64,000 bases of DNA from Octopus vulgaris (GCA_951406725.2 OX597842.1:32674001-32738000), one strand, 5' to 3'; positions 12,563-26,191 are shown, numbered from the stretch's first letter. Made by a program: numbers and translations. The notes: a model not told the origin generated them from the letters alone.

Positions 12563-12689
12563 GGAATAATATTCCAAACTTACAGGGAAAAATTCAATTT
12601 CTAGATGGTGTAATTTAATTTTTCATTATTAAATTGATAAAAGGTGTTTTTTTTCTAATTTATACATATATATATATATATACATACAC

Positions 12690-13070
12690 AGGCGTAGGAG
12701 TGGCTGTGTGGTAAGTAGCTTGCCTACGAACCGCATGGTTCTGGGTTCAGTCCCACTGCGTGGCACCTTGGGCAAGTGTCTTCTACTATAGCCTCGGGCC
12801 GACCAATGCCTTGTGAGTGGATTTGACAGACGGAAACTGAAAGAAGCCCGTCATATATATGTATATATTTGTGTGTCTGTGTTTGTCCCCCCAACATCGC
12901 TTGACAACCAATGCTGGTGTGTTTACGTCCCCGTAGCTTAGCGGTTCGGCAAAAGAGACCGATAGATTAAGTTCTAGGGTTACAAAGTATAAGTCCTGGG
13001 GTCCATTTGCTCGACTAAAGGCGGTGCTCCAGCATGGCCACATTCAACTAACTAAAACAAGTAAAAGAGT
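12690..13070 (+). mobile_element. SINE family A, full length
   Basis: AGGCGTAGGAGTGGCTGTGTGG head through the AAGTAAAAGAG tail. Confidence 0.92.
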
Positions 13071-13326
13071 ATATATATATATATATATATCCTCCATTCG
13101 AATTATTATCTCCCATGGCGTAACATACGGGCAAAGCAGCCGAACAGCAGAAAGAACGAGTATAATGATACAATTATCAACGGTGTTAAATGAAAATAAT
13201 GGATGAAGAAAATAGAATGGAGGGGTTGCCGTATAGGGTTTATGGTTTAAGTAGAGAAGGGCATGTATGGTTATTCGGAATATAATGGAGTTAATGAAGA
13301 TTTCTTGAAGACACAGTAATAAAAAC

Positions 13327-13372
<46 letters not shown>

Positions 13373-13393
13373 TTAATAATAACAATAATAATA

Positions 13394-13951
13394 AATGCCC
13401 TGATGCAGTACCAGGCAGTGGCTCTCATGGCTTCTGATCTTAACTGATTGGAAGTGTTATCATGTACATTGTTTTGTCTTGGTATAAAAGATGGGCTACA
13501 GCAAATATTCTGCTCAATACCACAGATTTGTTTGTCAGTTGTTTTGACCTTAACCAGTTGAGCATGTCCCTTAGTAGCTGACGATATGTGCATCCTTGAT
13601 CACGAGCAGAAGTAGTGGGGGAGCATCATAGTCATGTGTTGAGAGGGATTCTTTGGGGTTTGAATAGTTCACCTCTGGAAACATGGGTGGTTCTTTCAAC
13701 ATCCTTAAACAACCCTTATTCAAGGACCTTTTGAGCGGGATGGGCTACTCAACCTGAAGAAAATTCTAACTGGGCCCCACCTGCAAGGTCATGTGCTGTT
13801 TATCTTGATATGAGATCACCATGTCGCGCACATATGGTTGTGATGCATGTGCCTGGTGTACCTTTATCAGACGGGTAGTCATGATGGGTATACTGGGCTT
13901 CGTATATTTTACCCCAGTGTCACTTTGATGGCATGAACTGCTCTCTCACTC
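13394..13951 (+). mobile_element. About 560-bp non-coding element inserted in (AAT)n; possible Dong/R4-associated non-autonomous element
   Basis: Complex sequence with sharp borders and (AAT)n on both sides; hairpins such as GCTTCTGATC/GATTGGAAGT. Dong-clade LINEs are known to target (TAA)n. Confidence 0.5.
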
Positions 13952-13999
13952 AATAATAATAATAATAATAATAATGATGATGATGATGATGATAATGAT

Positions 14000-14068
<69 letters not shown>

Positions 14069-14576
14069 AAGAAGAAGAAGAAGAAGAAGAAGAAGAAGAA
14101 GAAGAAGAAGAAGAAGATGAACAAGAGGAAGAAGAAGAAGAAGAAGAAGAAGAAGAAGAAGATGAACAAGAGGAGGAAGAAGAAGAAAAGGAGAAGAAGA
14201 GAAGAAGGAGGGAGAAGCAGAAGGGTGAAGGAAGAAGAACAACAACAAGGAGAAGAAGAAGGAGAAAAAGGAAAGAAGAAGAAAGAATAAGAAGAAGAAG
14301 GAAGAGAAGGAGAAATAGGAAGAAGAAGAAGAGGAAGAAAAAGTTGTGATTTATCGCTGGTCTTTCAGATGTTTTAACAATGATAAAATTCCGATAAAAT
14401 GATCAGCCATTTTGTGGCGTGTGTGTGTGTGTGTGTGTGTCTGTGTGTGTCTGTGTGTGTGTGTGTCTGTGTGTGTGTGTGTGAGGGGGTGGTGGTGGGA
14501 TTAAGGGCAGCGTCCTTGTTAATGATAATGTTCGGGGTTGATGTAGGTGACGGAGGTGACGATGGCGGGAGTGGTG

Positions 14577-14608
<32 letters not shown>

Positions 14609-14926
14609 AGTGGTGGCGGTGTTGTGAAGGGTTGTGATGATGGTGGTAAGGCAGTGGTGGTGGTGGTCGTGATGGTGGTGTGGTGTGGGGTCATGGTGAC
14701 GCTCATGATGATGGTGATGACGATGATCGAGGGAGTAGCAGTGTAGAGGTTAATGATGGTGGTGATGATGATGATGATGACGACGACGACGACGACGATG
14801 ATGATGTTGATTGTGATTACGATGATGATGATGACGACGACGATGATAATGACGATGATGATGATGTTGATGGTGATGATGATGATGATGATGATGCGAT
14901 GATGATGATGATGATGATGACGATGG

Positions 14927-14961
<35 letters not shown>

Positions 14962-15001
14962 TTGATAATCATGATGATAATGGTGATAATATTGATGATG
15001 G

Positions 15002-15034
<33 letters not shown>

Positions 15035-15080
15035 GGGTGATGATGATGATGATGTTGAAGATGATGATGATGGTGACGAT
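13952..15080. repeat. (AAT)n, (GAA)n, (TG)n and (GAT/GGT)n tracts
   Basis: Seen directly. Confidence 0.9.
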
Positions 15081-15368
15081 TGTGTTGAGAAGCAAAAACA
15101 AAAAAAAAAAACGATTGTAATTAACGGCGGAGATGGTGGTGGCAGAAGTGGATTGATATTCATGATGGTGGTCGCGGGAAAGATGGACGTAGGCGTAGGG
15201 ATGACGGAATAAATTATGATGAAATTGGAGATGGTGATGACGGCGTCGATGTTGGTTTCCTTGCTATTGTTGTTGTTGTTGTTGCTGACAGTGGTGGTGG
15301 TAGTAAAGGTAGTGGGGGTGGGTCTGGTGATAGAATCTCACTAATAACGGTTGTCCGCAACATGTATG

Positions 15369-15737
<369 letters not shown>

Positions 15738-15740
<3 letters not shown>

Positions 15741-15925
15741 AGATCGTTAGCTCCTGCACGCATTTTTTTCTCTCCTTGTTTTTTTTCTGTGTATCTTTCT
15801 GTCGAAGAGCGTTGGCTCGAAACGTAAAAGACTTTTTCTATTTCTTTTCCTGAGCGCTATACTAATACATTTGTTTGTTTGTACTCCACCTGCCTTCGTC
15901 TTTTGTTTATTTTCGTAAACCTTCC

Positions 15926-15929
<4 letters not shown>
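15738..15929 (+). mobile_element. Penelope-like element (H1 sister family) with hammerhead motif at 15794-15831
   Basis: UCUUU CUGUCGA A GAGC GUUG GCUC GAAAC GUA AAAGA. Downstream TTTCCTGAGCG is shared with H1. Flanked by (TA)n. Confidence 0.7.
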
Positions 15930-15967
<38 letters not shown>

Positions 15968-16004
15968 ATATAATATATATGTATATACATATATGCATAT
16001 ATAT

Positions 16005-17308
16005 GAACTAGATATGATACAGCAAACACAAATGAAAGAGAAAATAAAGAAAGAATACTATAGACGAGTTAAATCAATACTGAAAACAGAGCTCAATGCT
16101 AAAAACAAGATAATAGGTATTAACACTTTAGCCGTCCCAGTTATAAGTTACAGCTACAATATCCTTAACTTGACACTAAAGGAACTAAACAAAATAGACA
16201 GGAAAACAAGAAAAATAATGACAGGATCTAGGATGCTACTCCCAAAATCTTACATAGAAAGACTATATATGCTATGTATAGAAAATGGTAGAGGTCTTAT
16301 ACAGCTGGAAAACTATTATAAATTAACCACCATAGGACTGCAAAAATATCTACTTCAGAAGGAAGGAAAACTGATACAAATAGCGGCAAAACACGGGCAA
16401 AGCAAAAAACTGTTTTCAGTATTTAAGGAAGCTGGGAAATACAAACAAGAAGTCATACTCCCTAACAAATATGAAGAAGAAGAAGAAGAAGAAGAAGAAG
16501 AAGAAGAAGAAGAAGAAGAAGAAAAAGAATTGAAGAAGATATGTAAGAAGAAGAAGAAGAAAGAAGAAAAAGAAGAAGAAAGAAGAAAAAGAAGAAGAAA
16601 GAAGAAAAAGAAGAAGAAAAAGAAAGAAGAAGAAGAAGGAGAAGAAGAAGAAGAAGAAGAAGCAGAAGCAGAAGACGAAGAAGAAGAAGGAAAAGAAGAA
16701 GAAGAAGAATTGGAAGAAGAAGAAGAATACGAAGAAGAAGACGAAGAAGAAGAAGAAGAAGAAGACGAAGAAGAAGAAGAAGAAGAAGAAGAAGATGATG
16801 AAGAAGAAGACGAAGAAGAAGAAGACGAAGAAGAAGATGATGAAGAAGAAGACGAAGAAGAAGAAGACGAAGAAGAAGAGGACGAAGAAGAAGAAGAAGA
16901 CGAAGAAGAAGAAGAAAAAGAAGATGAAAGAGAAGATGAAGGAGAGGAAGATGAAGGAGAAGAAGAAGAAGAAGAAGAAGAAGAAGAAGAAGAAGAAGAA
17001 GAATTGAAGAAGATATGTAAGAAGAAGAAGAAGAAAGAAGAAGAAGAAGAAGAAAGAAGAAGAAAAAGAAGAAGAAGAAGAAAGAAGAAGAAGAAGGAGA
17101 AAAAGAAGAAGAAGAAAAGAGGTAGGAGAAGAAGAAGGAGAAGAAGAAGAAGAAGAAAAAGAAGAAGAAGGAGAAGAAGAAGCAGGAGCAGAAGAAGAAG
17201 AAGAAGAAGAAGAAAGAAAAAGAGGAAGAAGAAGAAGAAGAAAACACAACAAAAGCTATAAAACAAATGAAATCCAAACTAAAACTAGAACAGCAAAGGA
17301 CCGTGATG
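16005..17308 (+). pseudogene. R4/Dong-clade non-LTR retrotransposon ORF fragment (post-RT region) interrupted by (GAA)n
   Basis: KEYYRRVKSILKTELNAKNKIIGINTLAVPVISYS..IDRKTRK..IERLY..GRGL matches the thumb region of R4/Dong RTs. A coding-like run ENTTKAIKQMKSKLKLEQQ resumes at 17240. Confidence 0.8.
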
Positions 17309-17893
17309 TTGATGCTGTTGTTGTTGTCTTTAGTGTTGGCGACAGTGATGGTATAGGTAGTAGCACTAGTAGTAAAGCAAGTTGTTGTAGTGGTCTTTGT
17401 AGTACATGTAGTAGTACGAGTAGTAATAGATGTTGCAGTAGTAAAAGTTATAGTAGTATATGCTGTAGTAGTGGTAGTAGTTGTAGTAGTACTTGCAGTA
17501 GTAGTAGTGGTTGTAGTAGTAGTTGTAGATGCTGTAGTAGTAGTCGTTGTATTTCTAGCGATGCTGATTGTGGTGGTAGTAGTGGTAGAGATGGTAAAGC
17601 TAGTTTAGGCAGTAGTAGTAGTAGTAGCAGTGGTTGCAGTGTTAGTAGCGATGGTGATAGTTTAGGTGGTAGTTGTAGTAGTATTAGTAGTAGTATTAGT
17701 AGTAGTAGTGGCAGTGGTTGCAGTGTTAGTAGCGATGGTGATGATGGTGGTGGTAGTAGTGGTAGATATGGTAAAGCTAGTTTAGGTGGTAGTAGTAGTA
17801 GTAGTAGTAGTAGCATTAGTAGTAGTAGTAGTAGTTGTAGTAGTAGTAGTAGCATTAGTAGTAGTAGTAGCATTAGTAGTTGTAGTAGTAGTT

Positions 17894-17931
<38 letters not shown>

Positions 17932-17955
17932 TGTAGTAGAAGTAGTAGCAGCAGC

Positions 17956-17987
<32 letters not shown>

Positions 17988-19580
17988 CAGTGGTTGCTGT
18001 GTTAGTAGCGAGGGTGATGATGGTGGTGGTAGTAGTGGTAGAGATGGTAAAGCTAGTTTAGGTGGTAGTAGTAGTAGTTGTAGTAGTAGCAGTTGTAGTA
18101 GTGGTGGCAGTGGTTGCAGTGTTAGTAGCGATGGTGATGATGGCGGTGGTGGTAGTCGATGGTGGTGGTCGGGGATGGTGTGCCTGGTATTAAAGAAACG
18201 ATACATCAAATTATTTTGAACGAAGATGTTTCCGCTTGACCGCTTCCGTATTGTAGACGATGCCACTGGTCTTAGTGGTATGGGAGGGGGGTGGTGGTGG
18301 TGGTGGTGGTGGTGGTGGTGGTGGTGGTGGTGGTGGTTGCGGTGGCGGTGGTGAAGACGGTCTGGCGGAGTTGATAGTTGTTCGGAGTATGGTTGTGGGA
18401 GATGATGGTTGTGGTGGTAGTGGTGGTGTTGATGGTGGTAGTGGTGGTGGCGATGGTGGTGATGGTGGTGGTGACGGCCGCGGCGGTGGTGGTATTGTTG
18501 AGGATGGCAGTGGTGGTGGTAGTGATGGTGATGATGGTGGTGGTGGTGGTGGTGATGATGGTGATGGTGGTGGTGGTGGTGATGGTGGTGGTGGTGGTGG
18601 TAGTGATGGTGATGATGGTAGTGGTGGTGATGATGGTGGTGGTGGTGGTGGTAGTGATGGTGATGATGGTGGTGGTGGTGATGATGGTGGTGGTGGTGGT
18701 GGTAGTGATGGTGATGATGGTAGTGGTGGTGATGATGGTGGTGGTGGTGGTGGTAGTGATGGTGATGATGGTGGTGGTGGTGATGATGGTGGTGGTGGTG
18801 GTGGTAGTGATGGTGATGATGGTGGTGGTGGTGATGATGGTGGTGGTGGTGGTGGTAGTGATGGTGATGATGGTGGTGGTGGTGATGATGGTGGTGGTGG
18901 TAGTGATGGTGATGATGGTAGTGGTGGTGATGGTGGTGGTGGTGGTGGTAGTGTTGGTGATGATGGTAGTGGTGGTGGTGGTAGTGATGGTTATGATGGT
19001 GGTGGTGGTGGTAGTGGTAGTGATGGTGATGATGGTAGTGGTGGTGATGATGGTGGTGGTGGTGGTGGTAGTGATGGTGATGATGGTAGTGGTGGTGATG
19101 ATGGTGGTGGTGGTGGTGTGGTAGTGGTGGTGGTGATGATGGTGGTAGTGGTGGTGACGGCGGTGGTGGTGGTGCTGGTGTTGATGATGGTTGTGTTGTG
19201 GTTGTTGGTGGTGATGATGGTTGTTGAGGTAGTGTAGTGGTTGTGCTGGTGGTTGTGTTTGTAGCGGTAGTGGTGGTGGTAGTAGTGATAGCGGTAGTGG
19301 TGGTGGTGGTGTAGGTGATGGCGGTAATGGTGGTGGTGGTGGTAGTGGTGGTAGTGGTGGTAGTGGTGGTGTGGTGATAGTGGCGGTGGTAGTGGTCGTC
19401 GTTGCATTGGCTGTGTCGATGGTGGTGATGATGATGATGATGATGATGATGATTATGCTGGCTGTGGTGTTGTTGTTGGTGGTGGTGGTGATGGTAATTT
19501 TGGTGGTGGTGGTGGTTGTAGTGTTCGTCTTCGTATCGGTTGTGTTGGTGGTAATGATGATGGTGACGCCGGAGGTGGTG
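17305..19580. repeat. (GTA)n/(GGT)n/(GAT)n tracts with higher-order units
   Basis: GATGGTAAAGCTAGTTTAGG..GGTTGCAGTGTTAGTAGCG repeats in 17580-18140; a unit of about 57-60 bp repeats in 18520-19115. Confidence 0.9.
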
Positions 19581-19955
19581 GCGGTGGCGCTAATGGCTAT
19601 GGCTGCGGTGGTTGCGGTAACGCTGACCGCGATGGTAATGGCGGAGGTCCAGTGTTGGCACGGAGATACCACGGAGGAGTGGAGTCGATCGTCCAGGATA
19701 CAGTAAAACTCGATGGTGTTTATAACTGCCTGATGGTATACGGCCGCGGTCAGCAGAAGAGCATAAAATGGTATGGACATAGTATTGAGGTGCTGTTACG
19801 GTTAATGTGGTAGTACAGTTGCAGTGGTGTATTAACAGAGATACAGCAAGGTTTGGGTGATAGTATGCTGTAGCTTGGGGGTTGGTCGAGGTAGTAGTGT
19901 CTTCTCTGCTATAGTAATAATGCCGTGATAGAGAGATCATGCATATATATGTATA

Positions 19956-20025
<70 letters not shown>

Positions 20026-20317
20026 TATATGTGCGTGTGTGCATGTGTGTGTGTCTGTGTATGTATGTATATATATATATATATATATATGAATAAAAGT
20101 TAGTAGATATATATGTATATATATGCATATAGATAATTATATGTATGTGTATATATATATATGTGTGTGTGTTTGTGTGTGTGTGCGCGCGATCGTGTGT
20201 ACACACACACAACGCTACATATAATTGAAAATACGGATAGGTATGTATATATGCATATATGTATGTATGTATGTATGTATGTACGTATGTGTGTATGTAT
20301 GTGTGTATGTGTGTATG

Positions 20318-20348
<31 letters not shown>

Positions 20349-20759
20349 GTTATGTGTGTATGAATATGTATTTGTATGTATACATATACACAAAAACCTA
20401 TGCGTATGAATGTGGGAGTATGTATATATATATGTGTGTTTGCGTGTGTGTATTTATGTATGTATGTGTGTACGTATGTCTCTATGTTCTTACTTATTAA
20501 TTACTTTACACACGCACATATATGTATACATACGTATTGATAGAGTGTATATATGGGCATGTATATATACACATATGTGCGAAGGTATGTGTATATATAT
20601 ATAAGATATATCTCATTCTGCATGTTTGTATGAGTGTGTGTTTGTGTGTATATATATGTATATATGTATATGTATGTATATATACATATATATGTATATA
20701 TATATTTATATATATGTACACACATATATATATATATATCGACACAGCTGTATGTATAA

Positions 20760-20870
20760 TAATGAAAGACTGGACCGCCGTGTCATTTTGATAAACTGAC
20801 GAATCAAAATGGCGGTTATAAATGGCGGAGTTCATAAAACGGACAGTAAAGTTATGGCGAATCATAGTTG
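20760..20870. promoter_or_regulatory. Unique island with clustered YY1/Pho-like and Cdx/posterior-Hox-like sites
   Basis: CAAAATGGCGG (20805), AAATGGCGG (20820) and TTATGGCG (20852); GTTATAAA, TTCATAAAA and CAGTAAA. Confidence 0.4.
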
Positions 20871-21018
20871 ATGGGGGTATATGCGTTTAATATATATGCG
20901 TATATATATATATATATATATATAAATATATACATATATGTGTGTATACATATATAAATGTGTATAAATATATATATAAGTATATATAGTTATGTGAGTA
21001 TGTGTATATAGATATAGA

Positions 21019-22140
21019 CGTGGTAGAAATAGCAGCCAAATCTCCTTCAAATCACACCCTACTCTCTTATCTATGTATATATGTATGTATGAGCCAATGA
21101 GGGAGACCTCTACATGGTAGCTAGACCTGGTAGAAATAGCTGCCAAATCTCCCTCAAATCACACCCTACTCTCTTATCTATGTATATATGTATGTATGAG
21201 CCAATGAGGGAGACCTCTACATGGTAGCTAGACCTGGTAGAAATAGCTGCCAAATCTCCCTCAAATCACACCCTACTCTCTTATCTATGTATATATGTAT
21301 GTATGAGCCAACGAGGGAGACCTCTACATGGTAGCTAGACCTTGTAGAAATAGCAGGCAAATCTCTCTCAAATCACACCCTACTCTCTTATCTATGTATA
21401 TATGTATGTATGAGTCAATGAGGGAGACCTCTACATGGTAGCAAGTCGTGGTAGAAATAGCAAGCAAATATCCCTCAAATCACACCCTACTCTCTTATCT
21501 ATGAATATACGTATGTATGAGCCAATGAGGGAGACCTCAACATGGTAGCTAGACCTGGTAGAAATAACTGCCAAATCTCCCTCAAATCACACCCTACTCT
21601 CTTATCTATGTATATATGTATGTATGAGCCAATGAGGGAGACCTCTACATGGTAGCTAGACCTGGTAGAAATAGCAACCAAATCTCCCTCAAATCACACC
21701 CTACTCTCTTATCTATGTATATATGTATGTATGAGCCAATGAGGGAGACCTCTACATGGTAGCTAGACCTGGTAGAAATAGTAGCCAAATCTCCCTCAAA
21801 TCACACCCTACTCTCTTATCTATGTATATATGTATGTATGAGCCAACGAGGGAGACCTCTACATGGTAGCTAGACAGGGTAGAAATAGCAGCCAAATCTC
21901 CCTCAAATCACACCCTACTCTCTTATCTATGTATATATGTATGTATGAGCCAACGAGGGAGACCTCTACATGGTAGCTAGACAGGGTAGAAATAGCAGCC
22001 AAATCTCCCTCAAATCACACCCTACTCTCTTATCTATGTATATATGTATGTATGAGCCAATGAGGGAGACCTCTACATGGTAGCAAATCGTGGTAGAAAT
22101 AGCAAGCAAATCTCCCTCAAATCACATCCTATTGTTTAAG
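21019..22140 (+). repeat. 107-bp minisatellite, about 10.4 copies, derived from family D
   Basis: GTAGAAAT recurs at 21023, 21130, 21237 ... 22093. Confidence 0.97.
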
Positions 22141-22529
22141 AATATTATATTCGGCATAATTTGGTCAAGGTGAGAATTGTCACGGCTGGAACGTCTATTG
22201 GCTTTGACATACCGTTACAGTATTTATGTGGGACCAAAGAAGAAAAATAATGCATACACATACATTACTGCACGTATTCTCTTCCACCCATATATTCACG
22301 CATACACATATACACAAGTGATTGAATCACACACACATGCATGCATAAAATACTCATATACACACACAAGGAGGAGGGTGGGCTGATCGGGCCCTGAATT
22401 TCGATAAAAGAAGATAGAGGAGCATCAGTTAATATATGCAGACATATACACACAAATACCTACATGTATATAACCAGAAGATACAAATATTACAGGCATC
22501 CCCCCCACACACACACTAAATAAACATAG

Positions 22530-22800
22530 ACGCACATAGAGATATAAGGATGCGCAGATGAAGACATACAATAGAAATACAAAATGGCTGACGGTTAGTA
22601 AGGAGAGACACAAGTAAGTGAGAAGAAAACAAAGGACCACTGATGCGGTCACAGGAGTGTGACGAAAGAACTTTGGCCGAAATAAGATTAAGATTAATGT
22701 AAAAAATAAATATCACTGAAGCAAAATAACACCAAATATATAGTGCGTGTGTTTTTATTGGCTAAACTGGCAATATGACCATTCCGAAATATAACAATAT
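22530..22800 (+). mobile_element. Penelope-like element with degenerate hammerhead (22634-22678)
   Basis: GGACCA CUGAUGC G GUCAC AGGAGU GUGAC GAAAG AA CUU UGGCC, then AATAAA. The 3' end matches 46463-46505 on the minus strand. Confidence 0.55.
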
Positions 22801-22806
22801 ATATAT

Positions 22807-23200
22807 ACTCTTTTACTCTTTTACTTGTTTCAGTCATTTGACTGCGGCCATGCTGGAGCACCGCCTTTAGTCGAGCAAATCGACCCCGGGACTTATTCTT
22901 TGTAAGCCCAGTACTTATTCTATCGGTCTCTTTTGCCGAACCGCTAAGTGACCGGGACGTAAACACACCAGCATCGGTTGTCAAGCAATGCTAGAGGGAC
23001 AAACACAGACACACAAACATATACATACACATACATACATATATATACATATATACGACAGGCTTCTTTCAGTTTCCGTCTACCAAATCCACTCACAAGG
23101 CATTGGTCGGCCCGGGGCTATAGCAGAAGACACTTGCCCAAGATGCCACGCAGTGGGACTGAACCCAGAACCATGTGGTTGGTAGGCAAGCTACTTACCA
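22807..23200 (-). mobile_element. SINE family A, near full length
   Basis: Same body as 2135-2558. Confidence 0.92.
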
Positions 23201-23272
23201 TACGTGTTTCTATCTTTTTCAAACATGTATCCGAAATAAACACACAGAAACAAACGCAGACACACACACGTG

Positions 23273-23304
<32 letters not shown>

Positions 23305-23307
23305 CAT

Positions 23308-23369
<62 letters not shown>

Positions 23370-23434
23370 TGTCGCTCACATATTCACGTACATGCAAAAA
23401 CAATGTCGAGCCTCCAATCTCTCTCTCTCTCTCA

Positions 23435-23484
<50 letters not shown>

Positions 23485-23798
23485 CACATATATATACACA
23501 CATCAACACACAGTCACATAGACAAACACACACACACGAGCACACACATACACACAGAAACACGTACATACAAACACATATAGTCACTCACGCGCTTACA
23601 AAAATCTGTTCTCTCTCTCTCACTCTGTCGGTCGCCACGCACTACAGCTCTCTTTAACGCACACACATACAGACACACACGCTAATCTAGATACAGACTC
23701 ATATACACAGACTAACAAATACAACCATATACACACACTAACGTACAAATATACATATATATATATATATACATGTATATATACACACACACACACAT

Positions 23799-23830
<32 letters not shown>

Positions 23831-24014
23831 TGCAAAAATCTTTTTATATCTCTCTCGCAACCTCTCTCTCTTTCTCTCTCTGTCTTTCATCATCAAGCAC
23901 GCACACACACACACAGATGGATCTATATATCAACATACACATAGAGGCAAATATACGCACATACACACAATCAAACACAAAGATATATGCGTATATATAT
24001 ATATATATATATAT

Positions 24015-24223
24015 CTACTCTAGGCACAAGGCTTAAAATTTTGGTGGCGGTAGGCAGTCGATTAGATCGATCTCCAGTACGCAACTGGTATTTAATTTAT
24101 CGACCCCGAAAGGATGAAAGGCCAAGTTGACTTCGGCGGAATTTGAACTCAGAACGTAAAGACTGACGAAATACCGCTAAGCATTTCGCCCGGCGTGGTA
24201 ACGTTTCTGCCAGCTAGCCACTT
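24015..24223 (-). mobile_element. SINE family B variant with a different 3' tail
   Basis: B head and core, but the tail is CTCTAGGCACAAGGCTTAAAATTTTGG instead of CACAAGGGGCTAAACACAG. Confidence 0.8.
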
Positions 24224-24225
24224 TA

Positions 24226-24277
<52 letters not shown>

Positions 24278-24948
24278 ATATACATACACACACACACACA
24301 TACGCACACACACACACACACACACACATGCACACGCACACACATATATACGCTCTCACATACATACAAGTGTTTTCATCTCATTGTGTCTGTTCTCGCT
24401 TTTTCTCTTTCTCCCTTTATGAAACACACACACACACACACATACATATTTCTCACATACCAACACACGCACACACACAGATATACGCAAACATACACAC
24501 ACAAAAACACACACACATGTGTATACGCTCCGATTTTCATAGAAAAATCTTTTCACCGCCATCTCTTTCACTTTCTTTATCAAACACACACAGGTCTACA
24601 TACCAACGCACACACGCACACAAAGACACATGCACACACACACACGCACAGATGCAAACACACACATACACAAAGATCCAAATGCACACACACACACGCT
24701 TATACAGTTACACACGCAAATACATTCACATAGAAAGAACAGAAAAACCGCATTTATTCTCTCCCGCCAACCTTCATCCCCTCCACGCCTCAAATTCTTC
24801 GCCATTTTCTCTGTGAAACACATTCAAAAACCACCGCCACCACGACCACCACCACCACCACCACCATCACAACTGCAACAAGAAGAAGAAGCACATAGAG
24901 AGAAATGATCGATGGATTTAGCCGAAAGCAGATCAAATTGGTTCATAC

Positions 24949-25290
24949 TTTGTGTGTCTTAGCGCTGACATCTACAGCCAAGATTTCATTTTCGCGAAAG
25001 CGCCAGCCGTTGACGGTATGGTCTTTAAGATCAACTTTCTCCTTAACACGAATGCAACTATCATTTTTCCGTTTGACCAGTTCGGACACTCCATCATATC
25101 CCATACAGGATGGACAGAGCACTGAGAGCAGTGGGCAGTGTGTGTATGAGTGAATGTGCGTATCTGTGTGTGTGTATTCAACGATTTTGTAGCCAGGAGT
25201 AAAACTTTCAGCGTCGATATGAACGCAACGTGAAGACAATGGCAGCCATTTTTACGGCTTTTTCTATCGTGCGACGCAAAGACGAAAAAT
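24949..25290 (-). other. Unique CpG-rich island; possible first exon or regulatory element
   Basis: Non-repetitive ORF segment MGYDGVSELVKRKNDSCIRVKEKVDLKDHTVNGWRFRENEILAVDVSAKTHK ending at AAA|GTATGA; palindromic AATGGCAGCCATT upstream. No recognisable homology. Confidence 0.2.
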
Positions 25291-25319
25291 GCAGTCTACC
25301 TATATTATATAGATATATA

Positions 25320-25357
<38 letters not shown>

Positions 25358-25433
25358 TGTGTTTCTGTCTCTGTGTGTGTTATGTGTTATGCGTGTTGTG
25401 TGCGCGTATATACACATATATATACACACACAT

Positions 25434-25510
<77 letters not shown>

Positions 25511-25582
25511 TACACATGTACGGATATGTATATATGCACACGCACGCACACACACACACATATATATATATATATACATAGT

Positions 25583-25691
<109 letters not shown>

Positions 25692-26033
25692 GTATATAAC
25701 TATGTATAAATTTATCAGCTTGTCAGTGTATCTATGTATGAATTCATGTATATATACATATATACATGTAACCATTTACACATCTATATACTTTGCTCTC
25801 TCTCTCTCTCACTTTCTTTCTTTATACATCCATCTCTCTTTACATACGTATGTGTGTATGAGAGCGCCTCTGTGTACTTTATAACCTCTCATGTTACATG
25901 TGATATTGTGAAACCATGATATCCAATACAGGAACAATGGCCGCTGGATTAATCAGAATCCACCAAAGAAACAGATTGGAATTTTGTTCTGCGAAGAAAG
26001 CACAAATTAAAAGCTATATATATATATAATATA

Positions 26034-26154
26034 CACATGGTTCCGGGTTCAGTCCCACTGCGTGGCACCTTGGGCAAGTGTCTTCTACTATAGCCTCGGG
26101 CCGACCAATGCCTTGTGAGTGGATTTCGTAGACGGAAACTGAAAGAAGCCCGTC

Positions 26155-26191
<37 letters not shown>

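Noticed and set aside
18260-19780. Gly/Asp-rich ORF and 502-aa Thr-rich mucin-like ORF
   Set aside because: Generated by GGT/GAT repeats; the weak signal-peptide look of the N-terminus is insufficient.
21019-22140. CRISPR-like regular array
   Set aside because: Units are identical along their whole length with no unique spacers; eukaryotic context.
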